Virus record (IMG/VR): IMGVR_UViG_3300032323_001828
Span: 1-58,671 of that record
DNA from: a virus
Lineage: Duplodnaviria; Caudoviricetes
DNA: 58,671 nucleotides
Direction: 5' to 3' (one strand)
Positions 1-10,904 of this stretch are shown here, piece by piece (the stretch's first letter is position 1; the number at the start of each line of letters is the position of its first letter). Made by a program: the position numbers and the translations under genes. A model generated the notes under the pieces. That model was not told the origin of the DNA and ran no database searches. It saw nothing but the letters and a program-made list of their open reading frames with translations.

Positions 1-89
1 AAAGACGGCGAGTTGAATTGGTGCACCAGTTGTGCGTTGGCCGTAGAGGCAACAACACTGGCCAGAACACTTATTATTATTGTTTTCAT
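1..89 (-). CDS. CsgF-like curli assembly protein, N-terminal part (runs off window edge)
   Basis: Manual translation MKTIIISVLASVVASTANAQLVHQFNSPSF: signal peptide, then an LVHQFNSPSF motif resembling the CsgF mature N-terminus (FQFRNPNF); AGGAG upstream. Confidence 0.55.
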   Translation of the reverse strand, partial: MKTIIISVLASVVASTANAQLVHQFNSPS

Positions 90-140
90 TCTAGCTCCTA
101 GTAGTATTTACTAGAAATATACTACTATTAAGTGCTGGCT

Positions 141-419
141 TTACGACTTGTTGATGATTTCGTCTTGAGCCATGCGCTCAGCTTCAATACTACGTCCACG
201 CAGGTGCAGGGTCACGTTGACTTTTTGATTGAGTCGGATCAAGTCGTTGTCCAACATGCGGATACGATCTATCAAGGCAATCAAGGTAGTATTGGCCTCG
301 CTTAATACCGGCTTGATTTCAGTAGTGGCCCATTTCCACACGTAGAAAATCAGGTATCCCATGCCACCAGCGGCCACTATGGGAAATCCATATTTGTTGA
401 TAAGTGTTACAATGTCCAT
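141..419 (-). CDS. small membrane protein (paralog of 1081..1359)
   Basis: MDIVTLINKYGFPIVAAGGMGYLIF; TM helix + coiled coil; start trimmed to Met12 of the ORF. Confidence 0.75.
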   Translation of the reverse strand: MDIVTLINKYGFPIVAAGGMGYLIFYVWKWATTEIKPVLSEANTTLIALIDRIRMLDNDLIRLNQKVNVTLHLRGRSIEAERMAQDEIINKS

Positions 420-420
420 G

Positions 421-615
421 TTATTTTTTCCAAGGTGAAGATAAGGTGCCACGTTCTATCTGTTCTATTTTTTCTTTCAACTCCCGATTGAGTTTGAGCC
501 AATCTCGACCATTCTTCAATGCTTCATCCAGGGTTAGCCAAACATACAGGCTGACGATCAAGGCCATGCTGCCCAGGATAAATCCAATGAAAGCATATGT
601 TACTTCTAAAGGCAT
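421..615 (-). CDS. small membrane protein
   Basis: 64 aa with an N-terminal TM helix, tightly packed with neighbours. Confidence 0.6.
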   Translation of the reverse strand: MPLEVTYAFIGFILGSMALIVSLYVWLTLDEALKNGRDWLKLNRELKEKIEQIERGTLSSPWKK

Positions 616-758
616 GCCACTACGCCCACAACAATACCAGCTACAAATGCTATCATGGCAAACTTGAAAACGTCACGATCGTGCCATACAGCCCGAGTGC
701 TTAGATGTTGTTTGGTATGATCAGGCAAGCTGTTGTACCAGTCTGTCCATTTATTCAT
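606..758 (-). CDS. small hypothetical membrane protein (50 aa)
   Basis: Manual translation MNKWTDWYNSLPDHTKQHLSTRAVWHDRDVFKFAMIAFVAGIVVGVVACL; GGAG upstream. Confidence 0.6.
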   Translation of the reverse strand: MNKWTDWYNSLPDHTKQHLSTRAVWHDRDVFKFAMIAFVAGIVVGVVACL

Positions 759-939
759 GTTTCTCTCCATCCTTTAAGAATTTTTCTAACGGATCTACTT
801 TGACCAACATGGCACGGCCATTGACGTTTTTAACTTGAAAATAGTCTCCGCTATGCCAGCCTAACCGATCTATGTTTAGTTCTTGGTCCAATAAAATCCT
901 GTTGGGTTCTAGGTCCCAGGTGTAATCACAGTACAACAT
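751..939 (-). CDS. hypothetical protein
   Basis: 62 aa ORF in operon-like packing. Confidence 0.65.
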   Translation of the reverse strand: MLYCDYTWDLEPNRILLDQELNIDRLGWHSGDYFQVKNVNGRAMLVKVDPLEKFLKDGEKHE

Positions 940-1081
940 CGGGTGCCTCTGGTCGGGGTGGTTGTTTGTCTAAAAACTTTACCAGTTGACGAGTTTTGAC
1001 TTCTTCGTCGTGCTGGGCCATGTACTGACGTATGATTTCTTCGTTGTTTTTGATGTAGTTCCAACGCTCTTGAGTATTCAT
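926..1081 (-). CDS. hypothetical protein (51 aa)
   Basis: Manual translation MNTQERWNYIKNNEEIIRQYMAQHDEE...; ATG overlaps the upstream stop. Confidence 0.55.
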   Translation of the reverse strand: MNTQERWNYIKNNEEIIRQYMAQHDEEVKTRQLVKFLDKQPPRPEAPDVVL

Positions 1082-1359
1082 CAGTCTCTCCTAGCGTCGC
1101 TTTGTTCGGCACGAGCTATGCGATCCAGGTCAGGTTGTAGTCCTAACGCATGGCTAACTTTGGTGTCAATGCGCATGACGTCGTGATTCATTGCGGCCAC
1201 ACGCTTGTCCAGTGCGCCAATGATTCCGGCCATGCCTTTTACGCTAGATGTTACTCCAGCAAGAATAAACTTTAATGTTAGAAATACGAAGTATCCGGCT
1301 GCGATGGCAGCGGCTATTGGAAATCCTAGTTCTGCAACTAGCTTGAAAAATTCACCCAC
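1081..1359 (-). CDS. small membrane protein (paralog of 141..419)
   Basis: ELGFPIAAAIAAGYFVF; GTG start, AGGAG RBS, TATAAATA upstream. Confidence 0.75.
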   Translation of the reverse strand: MGEFFKLVAELGFPIAAAIAAGYFVFLTLKFILAGVTSSVKGMAGIIGALDKRVAAMNHDVMRIDTKVSHALGLQPDLDRIARAEQSDARRD

Positions 1360-1394
1360 TTTAGCTCCTTTTTAGAGTCTTGTTATTATGTGGG

Positions 1395-1402
1395 TATTTA
1401 TA
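1395..1402 (-). promoter_or_regulatory. T4-type late promoter TATAAATA
   Basis: Exact TATAAATA on the minus strand upstream of 1359. Confidence 0.65.
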
Positions 1403-1407
1403 CTATT

Positions 1408-1758
1408 TTAATTTTTTAATATTACAGGTGTCCAAGTTTGGTCTAAAGGCATGTTTTTAAAAGATTCAATGCGGGTTTTTAGCTCCACATAAAAAGAATC
1501 TACTTCGCCTCCCCATTTGCCCATCAAGTGTTCTAGGGCTTGTTCACAATAATTCCAGTCTTGTTTGGCATAGTTTATGATGAGATTGGCATGTAGATCT
1601 TTGAGACTCTCAACGGCAGAAAGTTCTGCAATGGGTATCTGCTCAATCACACAACAAGCAGTATGCACAGACCCGTCTGGCAACTGAAAAGTGTCCAGGT
1701 CCAACACAGTGTATTTTTTGGCTATTTCTTCCAAATTCTCTTTAAATATTATGTTCAT
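1408..1758 (-). CDS. protein resembling the C-terminal helical domain of class III adenylate cyclases
   Basis: YTVLDLD...YAKQDWNYC...LMGKWGGEVDSFY...RI...W pattern; no catalytic core. Confidence 0.45.
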   Translation of the reverse strand: MNIIFKENLEEIAKKYTVLDLDTFQLPDGSVHTACCVIEQIPIAELSAVESLKDLHANLIINYAKQDWNYCEQALEHLMGKWGGEVDSFYVELKTRIESFKNMPLDQTWTPVILKN

Positions 1759-1783
1759 ATGCTATCCTCTGTAAATAGTTATC

Positions 1784-2569
1784 ATGACATTTGCTTTTGA
1801 TTTAATTTCCGACCTACACGTAGAAACATGGGATCAATTTGACTGGCACGGTCTGGCTACTAGTCCTTATTGTGTGGTGGCCGGTGATGTGGCACGAAAT
1901 AGAGAACGTTTACTTGGTGCGCTGGAACACCTGGGACAGTGCTATCCCGGCGGCGTATTCTATATTGATGGCAACGACGAGCATAAAGACTACTTTCATG
2001 ATCTAGGAGCCAGTTATAAAGATTTATACAAAGACATAGCAACTCTTCCAAATGTGGTTTATCTACAGGACAATGTTGTCATTGTAAACGGAGTTGCAAT
2101 CTTGGGAACCAATGGTTGGTGGACTTATGATTTTGATCCGTCTATTACTGTGGAAACTAGTATACAGTCCATACAAGATCATTTTGGAATTAGTTACAGT
2201 GATGCCAACAGTCTAAACGGCGTGGCCTACAACGATGCGGCTTATCTTATTAACAGTGTACGCAAACTGCAAACACACAAAGAAGTGTCTGCAATTGTAA
2301 TTGTTAGCCACACTGTGCCAGCACCTTGGCTGATAGCACACGACCCAGATTTAATCAACACCTGGCGATACAATGGCATGGGCAACAGTGAGATCTCCAG
2401 ATGCATCGATGCAGATACTGAAAATAAAATTAAAATGTGGTGTTTTGGTCACTACCACAGACCAGTGGATCAGTTTCTAGGTGGCATACAATATCTATCT
2501 AATCCACGCGGACGTGGTAACACTGAATGGTGTCAATCGGTCTATAACCCAAAGCGCATAGAAATATAA
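1784..2569 (+). CDS. calcineurin-like metallophosphoesterase
   Basis: SDLH, AGD, GNDEH, SHTVP and FGHYH motifs. Confidence 0.9.
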   Translation: MTFAFDLISDLHVETWDQFDWHGLATSPYCVVAGDVARNRERLLGALEHLGQCYPGGVFYIDGNDEHKDYFHDLGASYKDLYKDIATLPNVVYLQDNVVIVNGVAILGTNGWWTYDFDPSITVETSIQSIQDHFGISYSDANSLNGVAYNDAAYLINSVRKLQTHKEVSAIVIVSHTVPAPWLIAHDPDLINTWRYNGMGNSEISRCIDADTENKIKMWCFGHYHRPVDQFLGGIQYLSNPRGRGNTEWCQSVYNPKRIEI

Positions 2570-2571
2570 AT

Positions 2572-2880
2572 CTAAATGGTTTCTGGTTCTAGTTTGATCT
2601 GTAGTGGATAACTGTTGCTGCGAGCCTGTACAGTAATCTCGATGCCTTTTTGCTCGGCTATTTCGTAGGGCAATACAGCCACCACAGCGCTGCCAGATTC
2701 ATGAATGTCTTTGGTAATCTGTATGGCTGTTTGCTCACTGTAGTTAAAAGAATCTACCAGTGTTTCTATCACAAACTCCATAGGAGTAGCGTTGTCATTG
2801 AGATAAATGATTTTGAACATGGGTGGCTCAGTGAGACCTTGATTGACCTGTGTTTTTGTAACTGTGCCGGCTTGTGACAT
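2572..2880 (-). CDS. clpS: ATP-dependent Clp protease adaptor ClpS
   Basis: PPMFKIIYLNDNATPMEFV...IHESGSAVVAV...EIAEQK...YPLQIKLE. Confidence 0.93.
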   Translation of the reverse strand: MSQAGTVTKTQVNQGLTEPPMFKIIYLNDNATPMEFVIETLVDSFNYSEQTAIQITKDIHESGSAVVAVLPYEIAEQKGIEITVQARSNSYPLQIKLEPETI

Positions 2881-2898
2881 TTCTAGTCCCTTTAGTGA

Positions 2899-2919
2899 AG
2901 TGGGGAATTTCTCCCCACT
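2899..2919 (-). promoter_or_regulatory. stem-loop in the clpS leader, just downstream of a TAAATA motif
   Basis: agtgggg-N7-ccccact inverted repeat; no U tract. Confidence 0.4.
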
Positions 2920-2936
2920 GTATTTACTATATTATA

Positions 2937-3392
2937 TTATGATTCGTATGTGATAGCAATAGTTTTGGGCTTCATTGCTTCGGGAATATGGCGTTCTAAT
3001 CTGACAGTAAGAATACCGTCTTTATTAGTGGCACCAACAACCTCCACGTAGTCCATCAAGGCAAATGTGCGTATGAAACGACGAGCACTGATTCCTTGAT
3101 GTTCGTAGGTGTACCCTTCTGCCAATTCTGTGGTTTGTTTTTCTCCGGTAATGATTAAATTACCTTCGTTGACATTTACTTCAATTTCCCCTTGTGTAAA
3201 TCCAGCAACTGCTACCTCGATCAGATAGGTATGTTCGCCAGTTTTAATAACATTGTAGGGCGGGTAGTTGCCAGTGGTACCAACTGGATCGGACGCACGA
3301 TCAAATTGATCAATAATACGATCAAACAAGCGGTCAACACCAATTGAGTTACGATAGAAAGGACGCAGGTCCATAGCTGTGATTTTTGTCAT
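2937..3392 (-). CDS. small heat shock protein Hsp20 (IbpA-like)
   Basis: NYPPYNVIK, EVAVAGF, HQGISARRFIRTF, DGILTVRLE...PEAMKPKTIAI. Confidence 0.95.
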   Translation of the reverse strand: MTKITAMDLRPFYRNSIGVDRLFDRIIDQFDRASDPVGTTGNYPPYNVIKTGEHTYLIEVAVAGFTQGEIEVNVNEGNLIITGEKQTTELAEGYTYEHQGISARRFIRTFALMDYVEVVGATNKDGILTVRLERHIPEAMKPKTIAITYES

Positions 3393-3467
3393 TGTTTTCT
3401 CCTTTGTTAAGCAAGTGACATACTGTGGACCCGAACATCGGCATCCACAGTATTATTTATAACAGAT
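3393..3467 (-). promoter_or_regulatory. late promoter TATAAATA + hairpin + ROSE-like RNA thermometer (hsp20 leader, copy 1)
   Basis: Minus strand: TATAAATA atactgtggatgccgatgttcgggtccacagtat gtca CTTGCT taacaa AGGAG aaaaca ATG; CUUGCU can pair with the SD leaving a bulged G. Confidence 0.65.
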
Positions 3468-3484
3468 CCTGTTGAATCTGTTGT

Positions 3485-5423
<1,939 letters not shown>

Positions 5424-5466
5424 TCTTGTTCCTTTTAAATATAAATGTATAATACCACAACAATAA

Positions 5467-5495
5467 ATTGTAACACACATAGAGACAGGTGTCAA
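5467..5495 (-). promoter_or_regulatory. sigma70-type promoter of groES-groEL
   Basis: TTGACA-17 bp-TACAAT. Confidence 0.7.
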
Positions 5496-5570
5496 CAACT
5501 ATTTGCAAGTGGTTGATAAAGTTGAATGTTGGATGAGTGACGCTAGGTCAGATGGTCGCAGATTTGCATG

Positions 5571-5645
5571 TGTTTTCTCCTTTTAAATAAGCAAGTAATA
5601 AGGTGGACCCGCACATCGGCATCCACAGTATTATTTATAACAGAT
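5571..5645 (-). repeat. second copy of the hsp20 leader (late promoter + hairpin + ROSE-like SD hairpin)
   Basis: 5603-5645 matches 3425-3467 at 42/43 nt; CTTGCT...AGGAG also retained. Confidence 0.85.
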
Positions 5646-5666
5646 TAATTGGCAATGAACAAGAAA

Positions 5667-5888
5667 TTAGAACAATTTCTTGGGCAACTGTTGGTCTCGG
5701 AGTTTTTTACGCCATCTGGCACCAGCAGCACCTTTTTTACGTTTGCGTTCGGTGGTGGGTTTTTCATAAGTTTCACGAGCACGAAGTTCGTCCAGCAGAC
5801 CGGATTCTGAGATTTTTTTCTTGAATTTTCGTAGGGCCTGTTCTACTTTGCCTTCAACGACTTTAACCCCTCTTTTGTATTCTCTCAT
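5667..5888 (-). CDS. rpsU: ribosomal protein bS21
   Basis: [12 protein letters not shown]...[18 protein letters not shown]. Confidence 0.93.
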   Translation of the reverse strand: MREYKRGVKVVEGKVEQALRKFKKKISESGLLDELRARETYEKPTTERKRKKGAAGARWRKKLRDQQLPKKLF

Positions 5889-7084
5889 GAATTTTCTTCT
5901 AACAGTGTCATGGGTGTATTTACCTGGGTTTTATTGATAGTTACCTGCAGTATGTTGTTGTTGCGATATCTGTGCAAGTCAAACATGTGCGGCAACAATA
6001 CCCTTTCCAGTTCACTGTGTAACCCTCTAGCACCTGTGGAGGTTTTAAGTGTGCGTTCTGCTATCAACTCCAAACTTTCTTCGTCAAAATTCAAACTCAC
6101 CTGGTCCTGATCAAACAGCCACTTATACTGTGAAACAAAATTGCCTTTTATTTTGGAAAGAATATTGATCAACTGTGATTTTGTTAGAGCCTGTAAAGTT
6201 ACACAATTACTAAAACGTCCCACAAATTCTGGAATCATACCAAATCGTACCAAATCGTCTGGGGTCACTGGTTCATTTTTGCTTGTGTTGTCAGATGTAA
6301 TGTGTGCACCAAATCCCATGGCAGTGCCCTGTACACGATTTTGAATAATGCGATCCATGCCTACAAAAGCACCAGCAGCAATAAACAAGATATTACTGGT
6401 GTCTATTTCTACTGTTTCTGTGCTGTTTGTTTTTTTGGTACCAGCTGCTGGTATTCGACATTTGGTCCCTTCTACCAGCTTGAGCAAGGCCTGTTGTACG
6501 CCCTCCCCGGACACGTCTCTGCTGACTGTACTACTTTCACTGCGACGAGCAATTTTGTCAATTTCATCCAGAAATACAATTCCACGTTGACAACGTTCTA
6601 CATTGCCATCTGCGGCTGTGTACAGTCTGGTAATCATGCTTTCTACATCATCGCCCACATATCCAGCTTCAGTGAGACATGTGGCATCGGCAATCACAAA
6701 CGGTACGTCTAGATATTTGGCCACTGTGCGGGCCATCAAAGTTTTGCCAGTGCCGGTTGGGCCAATTATTAATATATTAGACTTGTCAATCTGATTGTCA
6801 GTCTTACTTATTCTTTTGTAATGATTGGCGATGGCCACACTCAGCACTCGTTTGGCCTGATCCTGGCCGATCAAATATTGGTCAAGGTAATTTTTAATGT
6901 CATGTGGATCTGGTGCCACCTTGGCACTGGTAGTTGATTGATCAACAATCTTGCCATGATTCAACAAATTGCTGCATAGATCCACACACTCGTTACATAT
7001 GGCTACCTTGTGACTCACAATCAGCTTGCCAACCCGATCCTTATGTTTGTCGCAAAAACTACAATGGTCAATAGTTATGGTCAT
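5885..7084 (-). CDS. clpX: ClpX AAA+ unfoldase
   Basis: CSFC/CNEC zinc domain, [12 protein letters not shown] pore loop, [23 protein letters not shown] loop, GARGL. Confidence 0.95.
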   Translation of the reverse strand: MTITIDHCSFCDKHKDRVGKLIVSHKVAICNECVDLCSNLLNHGKIVDQSTTSAKVAPDPHDIKNYLDQYLIGQDQAKRVLSVAIANHYKRISKTDNQIDKSNILIIGPTGTGKTLMARTVAKYLDVPFVIADATCLTEAGYVGDDVESMITRLYTAADGNVERCQRGIVFLDEIDKIARRSESSTVSRDVSGEGVQQALLKLVEGTKCRIPAAGTKKTNSTETVEIDTSNILFIAAGAFVGMDRIIQNRVQGTAMGFGAHITSDNTSKNEPVTPDDLVRFGMIPEFVGRFSNCVTLQALTKSQLINILSKIKGNFVSQYKWLFDQDQVSLNFDEESLELIAERTLKTSTGARGLHSELERVLLPHMFDLHRYRNNNILQVTINKTQVNTPMTLLEENS

Positions 7085-8631
7085 GCTGATCTTGTGTTGT
7101 TTAATCTATTTTCTATACTGATCCGTTCAGCTTCGCTCAACAAGTCCAGATCATATTCACCTGTACCGATCTTGTTAATAAGATGATCAATGTATTGATC
7201 GTTATAAGCATATTGATCACTCAGAGACTTGTCTACTTCAATCCACGTGACACCGTTGAATTTGTATAGTCTACTGGGTAATTGATCTACTCGCAGGAAC
7301 ATGTCGCCTTTGACCGATTCAGTAGGAAAACTGGTTCCAAATCCGCGCATTTCACCTGTTGTACCCATTGACACATTGTCTGCTGTTGGCGCAAACTGAT
7401 TTTGAAATTCCGGAGCTTGCCACGGCAATTGGTCAATGATTCCTGCATTGAGCAAGCGTTCTTGATGTTTTATTGTATCGTGTGGATTGAGATCTTTCCA
7501 TGCTCTAATAACTTGTTTATCTTTGCTTTCTTGTTCGGTCTGTGTACCGGCACTCAGCGGAGCATGTTCTGCTTCGCTGTCTTTGATTACTAAATTTTTA
7601 GCACGAGACCACATGTTGTCCAGACCTGCCAGCACTGATTGTTTTTTGACTGGTTGTTCTTGGGGCGGTTCATATGTGCCAGTGTCAATAGCCTGTGCTG
7701 TTTGTCTTGCCTTGTCAAAAAATTCAGGAAATTCTGGATCAAATAGCGATTGTTTAGCTATGACCGGTCCGGTTGGCAAATCAGCTTGGGCGGTGTCTTT
7801 AATTTGTTTTATTTGATCATCAGTGAGTGGGCCATCGTCAGGTTCATACCTGGGTTCTGGTCTTTTTGCCTTGGAACTGCGTTCCCACTCAATACTTTTA
7901 GTAGCTGCTAACAATAGAGTCAACGCCAAGGGATCAAACACAATCACAATCAAGATGATCACCCATCGCACTGCCTTGTCCAACAGGTTGGCTTCGGGAC
8001 TGTCGCCATATATCAAGGCTGCAATATATTTGATTGGGCCCACTTCGGCTTCAACCTTGCGTACTTCGGCGGCTATGGGTGCTCGTTGATCATTCAGCGC
8101 TTGAATTTTTCGCTGTTCAGTGTCTATTTCTTTTAGTAATCTGTTGCGTTCTGTGGCCTGGCTACGACGCAATTGTGCAGCCCGATCGGCACCTTGTTCA
8201 CTGGTGCTGCGACTCATGGTTTGATCCACTGCACTATCCATCTGTGTCAGTGCCCGGCGTGCCATGTCTATATTGTCTCGTGCCTGTTTGATCTTTTCAT
8301 CGTAAATGGATATCTTTGCAATCACATCGCCCGACACCATGCTTTGATCACTATGTGCCTTTGACAAGAAGCCAAATACTCCCATACTGGTCAACAACAT
8401 GAGTATGGCCACAGCAGCACACAAGTATGCCTTGTACTGTACTTCGGCTCGGTCCCAATATTTGTGCAACCACAGAGTTGATACAATCTTGCCTACTTCT
8501 AGGCTACTGCCCAGGATCACAATGGGCCAAAATGCCGCGGCAAATATAGCCGTAAGGCCTAGTATGCTGTAATAAGCGGCACTGATTGATATGATCAGTG
8601 CGGTTGCAAGAGTTATTATTCCAAACCACAT
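7081..8631 (-). CDS. multi-TM / coiled-coil phage membrane protein
   Basis: N-terminal TM helices, long coiled coil, a further TM segment (VIILIVIVFDPLAL). Confidence 0.75.
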   Translation of the reverse strand: MWFGIITLATALIISISAAYYSILGLTAIFAAAFWPIVILGSSLEVGKIVSTLWLHKYWDRAEVQYKAYLCAAVAILMLLTSMGVFGFLSKAHSDQSMVSGDVIAKISIYDEKIKQARDNIDMARRALTQMDSAVDQTMSRSTSEQGADRAAQLRRSQATERNRLLKEIDTEQRKIQALNDQRAPIAAEVRKVEAEVGPIKYIAALIYGDSPEANLLDKAVRWVIILIVIVFDPLALTLLLAATKSIEWERSSKAKRPEPRYEPDDGPLTDDQIKQIKDTAQADLPTGPVIAKQSLFDPEFPEFFDKARQTAQAIDTGTYEPPQEQPVKKQSVLAGLDNMWSRAKNLVIKDSEAEHAPLSAGTQTEQESKDKQVIRAWKDLNPHDTIKHQERLLNAGIIDQLPWQAPEFQNQFAPTADNVSMGTTGEMRGFGTSFPTESVKGDMFLRVDQLPSRLYKFNGVTWIEVDKSLSDQYAYNDQYIDHLINKIGTGEYDLDLLSEAERISIENRLNNTRSA

Positions 8632-8647
8632 AAGTTAATATTTACCG

Positions 8648-9058
8648 TTAATCCCAAGTCCTGTGTCGCTCGGATATCCATTCTTTGCCATCATAGTCCT
8701 CTATTTGCCAGTCTACATCAGCCGGAACACGCACCACCTTAAGACGTGCATGCTCACCATTGGCAGACTTACCTAGTTCCCTAATCAGAGTGACTAGTAT
8801 CGGGTCATCTCTTACAATGTCCTTGTCGTACCAGTGCTTACCGTTGACCATGATCATGGGACCATAACGTTCGGTACTGTGACGATCATTTCTAGGAACC
8901 AATGTGTAGGCGATCCGACTGCGTTCAAGATAGGCAATTTGTGCGTCTCTGCTGAGTCCAAATCCACCGTGTTGCGTATTGATCACAATGTCACGAAAAC
9001 CACGAAGATGTTCAATCAACAGGTCGTAATCAGGATTGGTCACTTCTTGCCTGGCCAT
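8648..9058 (-). CDS. conserved phage hypothetical protein
   Basis: IVINTQHGGFGLS...RDDPILV...LG...ANG...LKVV...WQIEDYDGKEWI pattern. Confidence 0.75.
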   Translation of the reverse strand: MARQEVTNPDYDLLIEHLRGFRDIVINTQHGGFGLSRDAQIAYLERSRIAYTLVPRNDRHSTERYGPMIMVNGKHWYDKDIVRDDPILVTLIRELGKSANGEHARLKVVRVPADVDWQIEDYDGKEWISERHRTWD

Positions 9059-9267
9059 GTTTTACTAAACAAATTAAATTCTCGCTCATTTGTAATAATT
9101 CGACCTTCAAGACGATCCACACGTCGTTGTAGATTGATGGTGCGTATCAACAGCACAATCAAGGCCACTACCACAAGAGTGAAGGTCAGACCCCAACCGG
9201 CAATCATACCATAGGTTGCAAGCCAGAGATTATCTATCGCAGTGGTGAAGATATTAACAGTGTTCAT
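9040..9267 (-). CDS. small membrane protein
   Basis: TM helix + coiled coil; start trimmed to Met13. Confidence 0.6.
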   Translation of the reverse strand: MNTVNIFTTAIDNLWLATYGMIAGWGLTFTLVVVALIVLLIRTINLQRRVDRLEGRIITNEREFNLFSKTWPGKK

Positions 9268-9527
9268 GTTTTCTCGACTTGTGTTTGGCCAAGGCGTCGG
9301 CACTGCGTTGCTGGAAGTCTACCATTGAATGATAACCCATCTGATAACAGGGACAGTGATCGCCCAGGATCTTACGAGCTAACCATATACGGAATCGTTT
9401 AATCATCATTATCTTTCTTGGCAGGCCATCTGCTGAATACTATAATAATCAACAAGGTAGCAACAGCAGTACCTGTGAATATAAATGCCAACATGTTTTG
9501 CGTAATTTCCATTTCTTTTCCTAATAG

Positions 9528-9887
9528 TTATGTACGTTTGGCTAGTTCTGCACGTTGTTCGTCAGTATATTCATCACAGCGACTGGAACGATCCGGAGCT
9601 CGTAACCAGTCTTTTCTTACTGGCGGAGTGCGGAGTCGATAGTTACGGAAGGTCCACCATGTGACAAAACACATGGTGACCACTGCAACGTGTCCTATCA
9701 TGTTGTAGCCAATGTAAAACAATTCGCCTGCATAGATACCAAATGCCAAACACCAAAACAAACTCAGCATGATCATTGCCAAGTACTTGGAAGGATCCGG
9801 CACGTTTTGCAAACTGTTGGCCCGTATATCTAACAGTCGGGGAAACTCACGCAAAACGTAGTACAACATTTTTAATAATCCAAACAT
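9528..9887 (-). CDS. two-TM membrane protein
   Basis: MFGLLKMLYY...; two hydrophobic helices; start trimmed. Confidence 0.65.
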   Translation of the reverse strand: MFGLLKMLYYVLREFPRLLDIRANSLQNVPDPSKYLAMIMLSLFWCLAFGIYAGELFYIGYNMIGHVAVVTMCFVTWWTFRNYRLRTPPVRKDWLRAPDRSSRCDEYTDEQRAELAKRT

Positions 9888-9901
9888 ATTAGTCCTAGCT
9901 G

Positions 9902-10198
9902 TTACTTCAATGTGGCTGTATAGGCAGCCAAATCCTTGATGTCTGCTGGCGAAAGCCCAGCTGCCAGTCCCCACATGAGTTGGCTTTGTTGTCCAACCTG
10001 TTGTTTGTTTTTGTAAGCAATGAGTTTCTTTTCGATCTCAGCGGCGGGCTTGCCTGCCAACTTGGGACCTACACCGCCTTGTCCTTGTGCACCATGACAG
10101 GCCGCACAACTGGCGTACTTGGTTTTGCCGGCGTTGGCATCTTGGGCTACGGTTGGCATAGCCAACAAGGTCATTACAACAAATACGATTGATTTCAT
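9902..10198 (-). CDS. class I c-type cytochrome (c553/c4-like)
   Basis: Signal peptide, CAACH heme-binding motif, GPKLAG, distal Met (LMW). Confidence 0.9.
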   Translation of the reverse strand: MKSIVFVVMTLLAMPTVAQDANAGKTKYASCAACHGAQGQGGVGPKLAGKPAAEIEKKLIAYKNKQQVGQQSQLMWGLAAGLSPADIKDLAAYTATLK

Positions 10199-10223
10199 TT
10201 TGTTTCCTTTAGGTTGAGTTGAT

Positions 10224-10895
10224 TCAGTCTTCATTGCGACCGCCAAAAAGTTGCAGTAGGCTCATAAAGATGTTGATAAAGTTCAAATACAGGCTTAGTG
10301 CGCCTAGGACCTCGGCCTTTGAGTCGGGCTCGTACACCGACAGTTCTGTGCGGATCCGTTGTGTGTCATAGGCAGTAAGGCCCAAGAACACAATAATGGC
10401 CACTGCCGATACCACCATGGCCAAGGTGCTGCTGCCAATAAAGATGTTGACAATGCTGGTGATGACCACAGCGATCAATCCTACCAGTAAAAAACTACCC
10501 CAGGATTCAAGACTTTTCTTGGTAAAGTATCCATAGATACTCATGGTGCCAAACAGGATGGCTGCACCCATGAATGCTGTCACGATACTGGTGGTGGTAT
10601 AAACAACAAAAATGGTGCTCATGCTCAGCCCCATCAGTGCGGCAAACCCATGTAGGAAGGCCCTGGCTTGTCCTTGCGTGGCCCGGTTCATCACAAATGA
10701 CATGCCCAAGATTGCCACCAAGGGTGCAAAGATTACCACCCATTTGAGTGCTGTACCAAACAGCACAGCCATTAGGGCCGGACTTGACGCCACTGCCAAA
10801 CTGACCAACATGCTGGTGACCACGGCCAAGAACATGTTGTTGTAGACCGAAATCATTCGGCTGTTGATATCACTTACACTTGCATAACTATTCAT
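10224..10895 (-). CDS. Bax inhibitor-1 / YccA (TMBIM) family membrane protein
   Basis: 7 TM helices, LTAYDTQRI and GALSLYLNFINIFMSLLQL motifs. Confidence 0.93.
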   Translation of the reverse strand: MNSYASVSDINSRMISVYNNMFLAVVTSMLVSLAVASSPALMAVLFGTALKWVVIFAPLVAILGMSFVMNRATQGQARAFLHGFAALMGLSMSTIFVVYTTTSIVTAFMGAAILFGTMSIYGYFTKKSLESWGSFLLVGLIAVVITSIVNIFIGSSTLAMVVSAVAIIVFLGLTAYDTQRIRTELSVYEPDSKAEVLGALSLYLNFINIFMSLLQLFGGRNED

Positions 10896-10904
10896 AGCTT
10901 CTCC

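Noticed and set aside
5494-5569. TAG read-through of the 8-codon ORF behind leader copy 2 into groES
   Set aside because: Read-through meets a TGA 17 codons later, well before groES
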